Origin: Octopus bimaculoides | Lineage: Eukaryota | NCBI RefSeq assembly: GCF_001194135.2 | Contig: NC_068981.1 | Span: forward strand, 3,251,677 to 3,315,477 | Length of the DNA: 63,801 nt | Direction of reading: 5' to 3' | In this document: positions 27,581 to 39,300 of the stretch, in pieces | Position numbering within the stretch: position 1 is the first letter of the stretch | Layout: each line of letters begins with the position of its first letter | Program-made: the position numbers and the translations under genes | Notes under the pieces: model-generated | Told to the model about the DNA's origin: nothing | What the model saw: the letters and a program-made list of their open reading frames with translations, nothing else | Database searches by the model: none

Positions 27581-29722
27581 AATATCTGCAGTTACTGTAA
27601 ATGACCTTGAACAATAGTTCAAAGCAAAGCAATGTAACTCCTAACCTACGACTGCTGCAAGGCCTCACAGTGAATGTTAATTTGTATACTATGAACTGAA
27701 CTTCACTGACTTGGAAGAGAAAGTGTTTTAGAGTTTTCTATGGCCAATAGATCATCATTATCATTATCTAATATCCACTTTCCATCCTGACATCAGTAGG
27801 ATGAGTAAATAACATTTTAGCTGTCATCAAATAGGATTGAAACTACTTACGTTTAGTTTCTGAAGCCTATTAGCCAGCTAATTGAAGAGATAGATAAACT
27901 AGCAAGATGGCTTTTACACTTATTTCAGCTGCTTGATGTAGCAACCAACAAACTCCACACATTCTTCAAAATGTTTTAAAGTCTTAAATCAGAATAGCCA
28001 TGATAGAAATAGAACAGCCAAAGCTAGATACACCAATTAAATGTTTTTTCTTGATCAGATATATTTGTGCCATAAATCTGTTGAAGGAAAACTGCCTGGG
28101 TTTTGTCTAACACAAACTGTTAATTTACAATTGACCATATAAAATAACCAGTATAATGCTGTAAGATTTACAAACAGTACTGTGATGTTCAGTAATTATA
28201 TGGGGGAACCAAGGACATGTATAGAAATAATATTGAATTTATTTTCTAACCATAAAAATATAATCAAATTTTTTCATTTGATTTTTTTTTGTATTGTTTT
28301 TACTTTTTATAAAGCCTCAGAACTTTTACAAAGTTAGAGCTGAGTTTGACAATGTAAAAAAAAAAATGAGAAAAAAATCCCGACTGAGATTTTATAAATT
28401 GTTTCAAGTAACATTCTGTTATTTACTGTGGAAAGATTAGGGTTTTAGATCATTTATAAGTTGAAATAATAAAAATGTATGTTAGGGACACTGTACAAAT
28501 TTTCTCTCATCCTGTCACTCACACACACACTCTCTCTCTCACACATACATGCATGTTTGTGTGTATAGATAATTAAAAATGCAGGTGAGTTTCATAAAAA
28601 TACATGCAACCATGGCAACAGAAAATGAAACTGATCACTGCCATCTTTTTTCTTTTTTTATATTTTTGGTTTTTGCAGAAACACATTTTTACTTTTCTTA
28701 ATTTGTGAGCGAGTTTGACCATTTTTCCCATTTGGATTCCCAAAATTTCTAAACACTGACTTTTAAAAAAATGTCTGAATCATAAAAATATAGTTTAAAA
28801 TGAAAACTGATGATATATTTTTGTATCTGAATGATTGCCAATGACAAATGTTGACATTTTAATTCACTTTTTCACTCTTTTGCACCAATCAAGCTTAAAA
28901 TGTTGATAAAACTGTACAGATTCCAGCTCTGACCTTCAACCAAATTGGGAAGATATTTTAGTCGAGAGAAAAAAAAAATACAAAACGAAACAAAAAACCC
29001 CCTCATGTATGCGCATATGAAATTATAAATTTTCATTTAAACGAATTTATCACAAGAACATTACCGTAAGCTTCTCAAATGTATTTACATGATATATTTT
29101 ACAATAATTTCTCTTGCCTGGAAACTTAACCTTCAAGACACTTGTGTACTAATGTCAGATCATTTAAAATTCAATAGTTATTTCTGAATATTAATTACCT
29201 GATTTATTTAAAAGAAACTGATTTTAAACCACAGTTTAATTTGACATTAGGGAAAGAAGCCTCTCAGACATAAGGTTATATGAAATGTGGTGGCAGAGAA
29301 ATGAGAGTTGAGTTTTTTTTGTTTTGTTTTTTTTTAATGATTACAATACTAGACTAAAACAAATACAGAATTCATTTTATAAAAACAAACAAAATACTAA
29401 TCAATAATTCCTCTAAACAAAAAAATAGAAATCCACTAAAATTTGTCTATTAAAAACTCAATTTGGTGGCTAAAAAAAAAAAGCATCTAATTTTTTTGTT
29501 TTTAAAGTATTTAGACTAGCCCTCTAAATAAGAAATTTACTCGTTACGAATGTTTGGTGAATCACAACACTGCTACATTTGGAAAATAATCTTCATTAAA
29601 TAATAATAATAATTAATGACAGAAAAAAAAAACATAAGTCATTACATTATGGAAATTATGAACATAAATAATTTTCAGTAGAGAAATTTGTAAAATAATT
29701 AAGCAGTGATAAACAAAGTTGC

Positions 29723-29788
<66 letters not shown>

Positions 29789-29970
29789 TTTTACAGTCAA
29801 AAAATATTACAAAAATGAGGTGGTGAGATTTTTGCCCATAGGAATATTTTGAAGTGACATGATATAATTATCGACAGCGACAGTTTGAAGAGATAAAAAA
29901 AAAAAAAAACCCATTAGAGAACCAAACTGTAACAGGAATAAAAACAAATTGAATTTCAATCTGCAATGTT

Positions 29971-30248
29971 TCAAGTATTTTCTGGAGTGCTATGAGATTC
30001 TTTAGTAGCATTCTCCCCCTTCAGCAGTTCATAGAGAAGCCCATATGATGAAATGTCATTAAGCTGAGTGTCTGTTATGAGTTCTTTTCCTTTAATGCTG
30101 ATACGAGACAAGATGGGCAAAGTAAGGATCATTTCTCCAAATTTGTTTGGATGTTGAGGGTAATGGCTACCCGTGTACATATCCAATGCTTCACATAGCT
30201 TTTCTTGATGTTCTCTGATTGTTTCTGGATGTTTCAAACCCTTTACAT
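29971..30248 (-). CDS. HR39: HR39 coding exon 5: LBD helices 9-12 and stop
   Basis: TTTTCTCCTCAG|AT GTA AAA gives (D)VKGLKHPE...[17 protein letters not shown]...[22 protein letters not shown]; 278 nt. Confidence 0.95.
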
Positions 30249-30304
30249 CTGAGGAGAAAAAAGAAGAAAAAAAACTTAGTTGGACAAGGAATATCAAACA
30301 CAGC

Positions 30305-30349
<45 letters not shown>

Positions 30350-33300
30350 GACTGTTTATTCTGAGTTCAAATCCCACCTAGGTCAACTTTGCTTTGCATC
30401 CTTTCGGAGTCAATAAAGTATCAGTCACACACTGGTCGGGGGTTATGGTCAATTTAATCAAGTAGCTACCTTCTCCAAAATTCAGGCCTTGTGTCTATTT
30501 AAGAAAATTATTTTTATGTCTTTCAGCTGAATGACTTCTTGGATGTAATCAAAAGTGAGTCTGTCTTTCCCCACTTATTGAATGCCCTGTCTCTAAATGT
30601 TCGTCGAAAATAGTTTAGAGTTGAAGTATTTTCTGTCACTGATACAGTTTCATAAAGAAAATATAGAATGGAATAGAGTATAGTTATTCAACATGAAGTA
30701 TAGTCTAATAGGATATCATGAAAGATGCCTCAACATTTAACCAAAGGTAGTGTGTTGTTTATATGATGTTTCTGTAATTATCAATGATGGTTGTTGTAAT
30801 TATTAATAGCAATAATTAGGATGGAGGGGTGGCAGAAATGGTAGATCTCATACTAAATGTCTTACTCTGTTAAGATTTGTACCTCTAGGTTTGTTTTTCT
30901 TAAAATAGATCACAACCATGTATTCAATAGTCTATTTATGCCACCTTATAAGATGGTTAGGCTGTTTGCCAATCTAAAAAATTACATAACTCACAAAAAT
31001 TATTATTAATACAACTTGTGACTTTATGTTCTGAGTTCAAATTCCATCAAGGTCAACTTTGCCTTTCTTCCCTAGAGGGATGAAAAACAAAGTACCGGTC
31101 AAGTACCAAGATTGATGGTATCAACTAACCTCACTCCCTTCAAAATTGCTGGTATCATACCCAAGCTAAAAACTATTATTATTAAGAGTGTTGAGCTGTT
31201 AGAATTGTTAGTTCACCAAACAAAAAGCTTAGCAGTATTTCTTCCAGCTATGTGTTCCAAGTTCAAATTCTGCTGAGGTCAACTTTTACTTTTCATCCTT
31301 TGAGCAATGGGGTTGATGTAATTGATTAGCTCCCTCCCTCTAAAATTTCAGGCCTTGTGCTTATAGTAGAAATAATTAAGGCAGTGAGCTGGCAGAATGA
31401 TTAGCACACCAAGCAAAATGCTTAGTGGCATTTTGCATGTCTTAATATACTGAGTTCAAATTCTGCCGAGGTCAACTTTGCTTTTATCCTTTCAGGGTTT
31501 GATATGTACCAGTTGAGCACTGAGGTCAATTTAATCAACTATCCCCATCCCCCCAAATTTTAGTCCTTGTGCCTACAGTAGAAAGGATCTACTATAATAA
31601 TACACTTGTGTTTTTCTCTGTCACAACATATGAATGAAAGGAAGGGGTGATGGCAAACTGATAGTGAGTGTTTCAACTCTGTGTGAGTATATGTAAAAGG
31701 GAGGTGTGTGTGCAATGGAAGTGAGATGGTGAACATTCAATGCTGAAAAGAAAAATCAAACAGCGTTTCAACTCTGTGTGAGTATATATGTGTGTGTACA
31801 AGGGAAGTATGTGACTGTTTGTATGTGAACCAGCGTTTTTTCAGTAACAAACGATGATTGATGTCACATCTCAAAAGACAACCTCTAGATAACATTGACA
31901 AGTATATTAATTTGATTTACCATCCATATTCTATCTTTTGTCTTTATCTATATATAAAATACTACAATTAGCCATAATTTTTGACGGCACAGGGCCAGCT
32001 AATTTATTACAAATCAAGAAGGCAGTGAGTGGGTGAAATTGTAAACATGTTGGATAAAATGCTCTGTGGTGTTTCTTCTGGCTCTTTACATTCTGATTTC
32101 AAATTCTGATGAGGTCCACTTTACCTCCAGGATTGATAAAATAAAGCATCAGTCAAATACCGGAGACGATGATTATGACTTACCCACTCATCTCAGAATT
32201 GCTGGCTTTGTGCCTAAATAATCAACATTATTATTATTGTGAGTTCAAATCCCAACTTTGTCTTTATTCTTTTAATCCTGAAAGGATCAAAGTACTCTTC
32301 AAATACTGGGGTTGATGTAACAGACACCCCCCACCTCATTGTTGGCCTTATGCCAAAATAATAATTATTATTTATTATCATTATACAATGGGTATTACAT
32401 GTTAATTTAACTAAATAAGAATTGCCTGGGCAAAGTTCAAGGAGCTCCTACCTCTGCTACACAGCAGTGAAACATGGGCCATGATTGCTGAGGACATGCG
32501 TAGGCTTGAAAGAAATGAAGCTAGTATGAACTGCTGGATGTGTAATGTCAGTGTGCATACATGACAGAGTGTAAGTGCCCTGAGAGAAAAGTTGGACATG
32601 AAGTATCAAATATTGTGTGCAAGAGAGACGACTGTGCTGGCATAGTCATGTGTTACGTATGGATGAGGATAACTGTGTGAGAAAGTGCCACTCCCTCACT
32701 GTGGAAGGAACTTGTGGAAGAGATAGATCCAGGAAGACATGGGATGAGGTGGTGAAGCATGACTTTCGAACATTGGGCCTCACAGAGGCAATGACAGTAG
32801 ACAGACCTTTGAAGATATGCTGTGATTGAGAAGACTTGGCAACTAAAGTGAGATCACAGTCATGGCCGATGCCAGTGTTGTATGTCTGGCCCATTTAAGA
32901 GTACCCTTGATGCATCGGGCAATATGATATGCTTGAGAAGACCTGTTGAGTCAAGTAAAACCAAAATCGAAGTTGTGGCCAGTGCCCCAACTGGCCCCCA
33001 TTCGAACGTGGTCAATGCCAGTGTCCCCTGACTGGCTCGCTGTGCCAGTGGAATGTAAAAAGCACTATCTGAATGTGACTAATGCCAGTACCCTCTGACT
33101 GGCTCCCATGCCGGTGGTACATAAAAAGCACTATCCTAACGTGATCGATGCCAGGCCCACCTGAGTGGATCCTGTGCCAGTGGCATGTAAAAAGCACCCA
33201 CTACACTCTCGGAGTGGTTGGCATTAGGAAGGGCATCCAGCTGTAGAAACACTGCCAGATCAGATTGGAGCCTGGTGCAGCTGCTGGCTCTCCAGACCTC

Positions 33301-36300
33301 AGTCAAACTGTCCAACCCATGCCAGCATGGAAAGCAGACATTAAACAATGATGATGATGAGATATTATCAGAGGTTTGGTAACAAGTCTCCTCAGATCTC
33401 AAACATCTTTCTGATGGTTCTTGTAGAAACGTAGAGATTCTGGCACTTTTCTGCAGATTGACGTCTCATTTCAAATATCCTTCAACCTCATAAAAACAAA
33501 AGAATAGGGCAATCAAAGATTAAACAACTAAACGTTTCAATATTTCACCTAACTAGAAGATCAAATCATTCAACCAAATACTGTCAAGGTAAATTCACTC
33601 TTAATCAAGGAGTTAACATTAACAATACATGGAATGAATGAAAGGAAGGAAAAATTTCTAAAGAGATAATTGATAAAAAAATTCCTTTACCTGGAGTGAT
33701 GAGCACCAATACTTTCAGACCAACAAATTCATAAAGATCTACTTTAAGTCGGTTTAACTGCTCAGCTAACTCAACAACCATTGACACTACACTGCCCAGA
33801 CCAAGAGATTTTGCTGTTTTCACTGAAAGAGTGGCTCCTTGAGCAAGGCGGATTTCAGATGGTTTCTCTTTAGATCGGTAACAGCACTCTAGCAGAAGAA
33901 GATCTGACCAACAATTCTGAAGTAGCAGTATTTGATCATCAGTCTGGAAAATAAAAAGAAAATCAAATATATTTGAGGGACAAAAGTCTTTAAGAAATTA
34001 TGACTTCACCTTAGAAGCTTTGGAAAACTGATTTTGCATTTAAGCCATGTTCATCCCATCTGCTTTTCTGATATATTATGTATCCAGTACTGAATTACCC
34101 AGTACATATTTATTTCATGTATTTTAACCCCTTTCATATCAATCTGCCCCAAAACTGCTCCTACCTTGAGGATACAAACTTCAAACAAATTTCATTTTAA
34201 ATTATTATTCCAAATACCAGTTTTGATAATGACAGTAATACTTTGTGTTTTTAGAATCAATAAAAAAAAAATGTAGTGTATTACAAAAGAAATATGGTAA
34301 CAAAAGGATTAAGGTAAGTAGGATGAGACATGAGGCGAGATCTGAATGTTATTTGTAGCAGGTAGAGTACCTCAATAGAGGCTTTCTTGACTTGAAAATT
34401 TTTGTTGCTGATAAAGATCTATCTTAGATGAAATACAACATTTGTCAGTGATACTACTGTCAAGTGACAAGTTATATCAGCTGAAGGTATCTTTAAAGGT
34501 GAATGTAGCCATTGTCAGTAGATCTAACCATCAAGATCTGAATGCCCTGGACTAGGATGTGAACTAATGACACTTTGGTTGTTTAGTCATCTGTGATTCC
34601 TTGGGATTGATGGCAGCAAAAGCTATGGACTGGTTTCTTCCACTTTCTTTATCTTATCATCTTGCTCTTTATTATTGTTGTTAGTGCTATTGAGGGTAAG
34701 AGAAGGTGATGTAAATTCAAGATTACATGTACAAGAAATAACTTTTTTCTAAAATGAGGTTTTTGCAATCGATAAATGAAACCAGTTTTAAAAAGTAGCA
34801 ATGCCATGTATTAGATCTGATATCAACAATGATTGATCTATTTTCTGTTGATGAAAATGTTTCAAATTATTCTGAAATACCGAATGGTGGATATTTTATC
34901 TATCAAGATATTTGATTCTTTTTACTCAGACCAACAACTTCTAATCATATACAGGGAAGAAGTTTGAGAGAGTATCAAATAATACCAGATTTTATGATAA
35001 TTTTTTGTTAATCTTTTTGATACCAACCTACCTCTGACTATCCCTGGTCCAAATATTACCATCCTACCAGGAACTAGCTGTATTATCATATTCACATCTA
35101 AATTAAAACTTCCCTATCTCAAAACCATTTTTATTCCATGAATAACAACACCAGATTGCAGTTGATAAAAATCCCATTGTAATTTTATATGAGGACCCAT
35201 TAAATTGTATTACAAACCCTTGAATAATATACTAATATATAGGTTACAATTATTTTACCAAACCCTTTGAAATTCTTTAGACACAGGTAGAATATTTTCA
35301 TTAGAAATAATGTTACAAAATAATTAAACCTAATAGTAAATATGGTAGAAAAAAATACTTGGTTTGTTTTGTATGAGTAAATAAAAAAAAAACCCAGCAA
35401 TACACTGTAAACAATAGATTAGACAAAGAAACAAAAATCACCACTGTGATACACTGTTGGATTAAAATCTTAAAATCTTCTGTCTCTCTGATACATTCTT
35501 CCAGTTTTCGTTTAACCTATTTGTTATCATATTTCTACTGAAATACACTACTTTTGCTTCACTTAATTTCAAAACTAATGTTGGATTTAGTAAAATAACT
35601 GTTGATATTAAGCTACTGTTTGGAACATGAAATTTTGATGGGAAGGTTTTTTTAGATTGTTTTAGAAAAGGAACTTTTGTATCATAGATCCAGAATGGTC
35701 TCGGGTGGGTTGTTATCAAAAGGGTTAATAGGAAGACCTGACATTATTTCACAGGCTTCTTACTTTGTCAGAAATACAATGTCAATTTTTTCAGCTCCTC
35801 TCTTTCTCTGTCTGACTCAATAGACAAACAAACCAATGAAGGAGCTGTTACATGTTTACCAAATCTGAAAGAAATAGTAATTTAACTTCCCCATATCACA
35901 TCCAACTAGGTCTTAAAAGAGGGGATGAAGGAAGGACACACTGAACAATGTTGTCCAGATATACAAAAAGACAAGGTGGTTACAGCTAGAACACCTCTGA
36001 TCTACTCAGAGCTGACGCAGGGCTAAACAATAACAACAAAAAACATTCATATCAAGTTATGATTGTTTTTGAAATGCGAACTAAAAGGTAAAATTACGCA
36101 GTCACTGTTATAGACAAAAAAAAAAAATACAGCAATACTCACAGAAATTGATGCAAACTGAGAAAGATTCCTGGCCCAGCGTACAATTTTGTAAAGACGA
36201 TCTTCAGTGATTTGCATCAGAGAAGTGTAACTTGTTGGGTCTTCCAATAGAATTTGAGTGTTTGGTTCATCATCACAGAGTAATGATTCTAAATTCATAA

Positions 36301-39300
36301 TGTCTGTAAGAATCTGTGGAACAAAAGGTTTTTTGTCATCAGAACTACTGTTACGGCTTAGTATAGCAACAAGCTGACTAGCCTTGTTCTGACCAACTTT
36401 CTGTATTGCCATATTTGGAATGGTCACTGACCGTTGGGAATGCTGCTGTTGTTGATGATGACTGTTGGGTTTCACTGTGGTCAATTTCTGAAGTTTCTGT
36501 TTGTCAACAATATCACGTGTACGACCATGCGGTGAACAGCCATCATATGAACTTCTACCACCACGTGTACGATCAAGACGGATAGCTAGAAAGTAAATGG
36601 AAAGTAGGAGAGAAGAAGTTAATAAAGGCATGCAAAATGCAATCAGATGAAACAACAAGTGCAACTCTGAATTCTTCGTCTAATTACCCATTCTAATATC
36701 ATCATAATAATTGTAACTAATTAAGAAATCCTAATTCTCATAGAAGGATTTTGTCACACTCGTGACATCTCAGCATGGTTTATATGGAAGCTAGTTATAG
36801 ATAGATGAACTATTTTAAGGAGCCAGAAGCAAGAAGACTTTGTATCCATAATTTGAAATGATAGCATTTTACTTGCTGATAAATTAACTTGAATTCAGTG
36901 AGTGCAATGCAGTCTAATTGATATAAATTTGCTCATTTTATTTGGAGATTAGATTTTGCTGAGATTGTTATTAAAGAAAATAAGTTTCATGTGTGTGTGC
37001 ATGTTGGATTGTTGGTATGGCTGTTGTATGTGTTGCACTGTCTGAAGCCACCTTTCTGCCAGTTCTTTGACCTCCCCCCACACTGATACCAGTTCTTATC
37101 TTCCAAGGCAAAGAATCCTTTCACTGAGCCTTGGGACTTCCATTAGAGATCTGTTAATCAGTCTGCAGAACAATTCTGCTTCCTCTTTACCAACCTCCAA
37201 AGATTTTGGTTTAACCAGGTTTCCTCCTACCATCTACCAACATTCAAGCTACACATCTTGTTACTCTCTGAAACCCAAATTTCTCATGCTCTCTCTCTAA
37301 GCCATCTTTCTTGGTCAGGTTATGCTCCCTAGTCTAAACTTAGTTCGGAAAGGTAATATCTTTTTATGCGTGGAACCAACTACCCCATCACATCACTCCT
37401 CTCACCAGAGTGTCACCATAAAAGACTATCTGTTTATTCTCTTATCTTTTCTAATTTATCCACTGCCCCCATCACTCCATCCCTATCTCCAGTAGTTATT
37501 CAACTATAATTTCTCTAGCATTAAGTACATCCATTACATCTTAACTTTCTCTGAAGTTATTCTTAGTAACTGCATTGAACTTGTCTTGGCTCTCACACTT
37601 CTCTCTAACACTGACATTAATTACTAGTACATTATTTGCTATTCTGAACTATCAACACCAGTTAGCATTCATAGTTACTTGTATTCCCCAATTGAAGTAT
37701 ACTGTCCAAAACAGACTTTTCATCTTCTTCATTGTAAACCAGTTCATTCTACTTATATTGTTTATATTTAATGATTATTAATGCAGACCATCACTACTTT
37801 CCCCAGATCCTACCGTTTACATTGACCTCAGACCAACTCAATTTTACTAAAACAATCTGAACTCCATTGTTGCACTAAACCCAGACAGTGGCTATCAAAT
37901 GTGATGTCATAATTTTAACCCATTTTTGTTTTTATTTTCTTTTAGAAAAATTCTAAGTAGTTTTTGGTGAATTTTACTACTTTATAATTTTTTGAACTTC
38001 ACTAAGAAAATAATTGTTTAGAGCCACATACTTCAATTGCAATCAAAACAACTTAACCTATTTTAGTTTTCATTATCTGTACAATTACTGTAACAAAACC
38101 TAATTAGTCAAATGTAATCTAATGGATTGATCAACGAGTGTGAGTCAACTTTTTCTGATTATGTCATGAGACATTCAACCAATACAGGGTCAAATTGAAC
38201 TGAATGTTTGATGGAACAATTTGTTAATTTGCAATTCACAAAAACTGAAATTCTTCTTACCTTCCAATAACATACCACTTTCAAGACATTTATTAAACCG
38301 ACAAGCAGGACATTTCTTTCGATTGTAGACATTTATCTCACAACAGTTTTTCTGATGACACTGATATACTTTTTTGTTCTGTACAGTACGCTTGAAGAAC
38401 CCTTTACAACTTTCACAAGAGAAGATACCATAATGGTAACCTAAATAAACAAACACAAAACAAAAATAAAAAGAATAAATTTTAGAACAAAAGTTTTTTC
38501 TAAAAGTTTTTTTTTTTTTATAGTTTAGTCATTGAAGAATCAACAATAACCATAACCTCCAAAACTGAGGAAAGAAAGGCAGTAGATGGGTCATTTTTTG
38601 GAGTCTTGGCCCAAATATCTAAACACAATAAATTCAACAAAAGACTCCCAAGGTGGTGGAATTAACTAAGTAATCTTTCGCATTTAGATTACTTTGTCAG
38701 ATAAAATGCTTGTTAATGCACGATTAATTCAAAACAACATGAATAATCTTGTAGCTTTGAGATTTCAATGATGTGATTGTTTATTTCTAGAATGACATCA
38801 TAGGGTAGGTGTGAGAAGACACATCTGGCCAGTTTGAATATAAAACAGGAGGAATATTTTGGCTGGATATGACTGGTTTAAATACAACACATCATCATTA
38901 TCATCATCATTTAACGTAAATACATTAAAATTATATCAAAACATCATAACAGTGGTGATAAGGATTTGAACTACACGCAATATTAAAAATCCTCTTACTT
39001 TGTAAAAGTGATGACAAGGATTATAATTTCAGGCACTTCACAAAAGTGGAGGCAAGGTTTCGAATTTCACGCAGTGAAAAATAATATAAAATCGCCCATT
39101 TCATAAAAGTGAGACATTCCAAGTTCTTAGCATGGAAGAACTGTTAGCCTCTGCGGTATAGCAACAATAACAGCAAACTCAGCAGTTTTTAGAATTATTG
39201 CTGCTGTCAAAGAACATGTCAGGTTCATTTTTGGCGGATGGAGTAACCAATTCGATTGGGTAATTTGTTTATAATCCGGAAGAAAGGATCATGTTTCCAG

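Noticed and set aside
27602-27610. Perfect NR5 sites TCAAGGTCA (27602-27610 on minus; 31047-31055 on plus, inside a SINE)
   Set aside because: A couple of matches to this degenerate 9-mer are expected by chance in 60 kb; no clustering.
37040-37860. Pyrimidine-rich intronic block that may be an old LINE 3' end
   Set aside because: No motif could be matched convincingly by eye.
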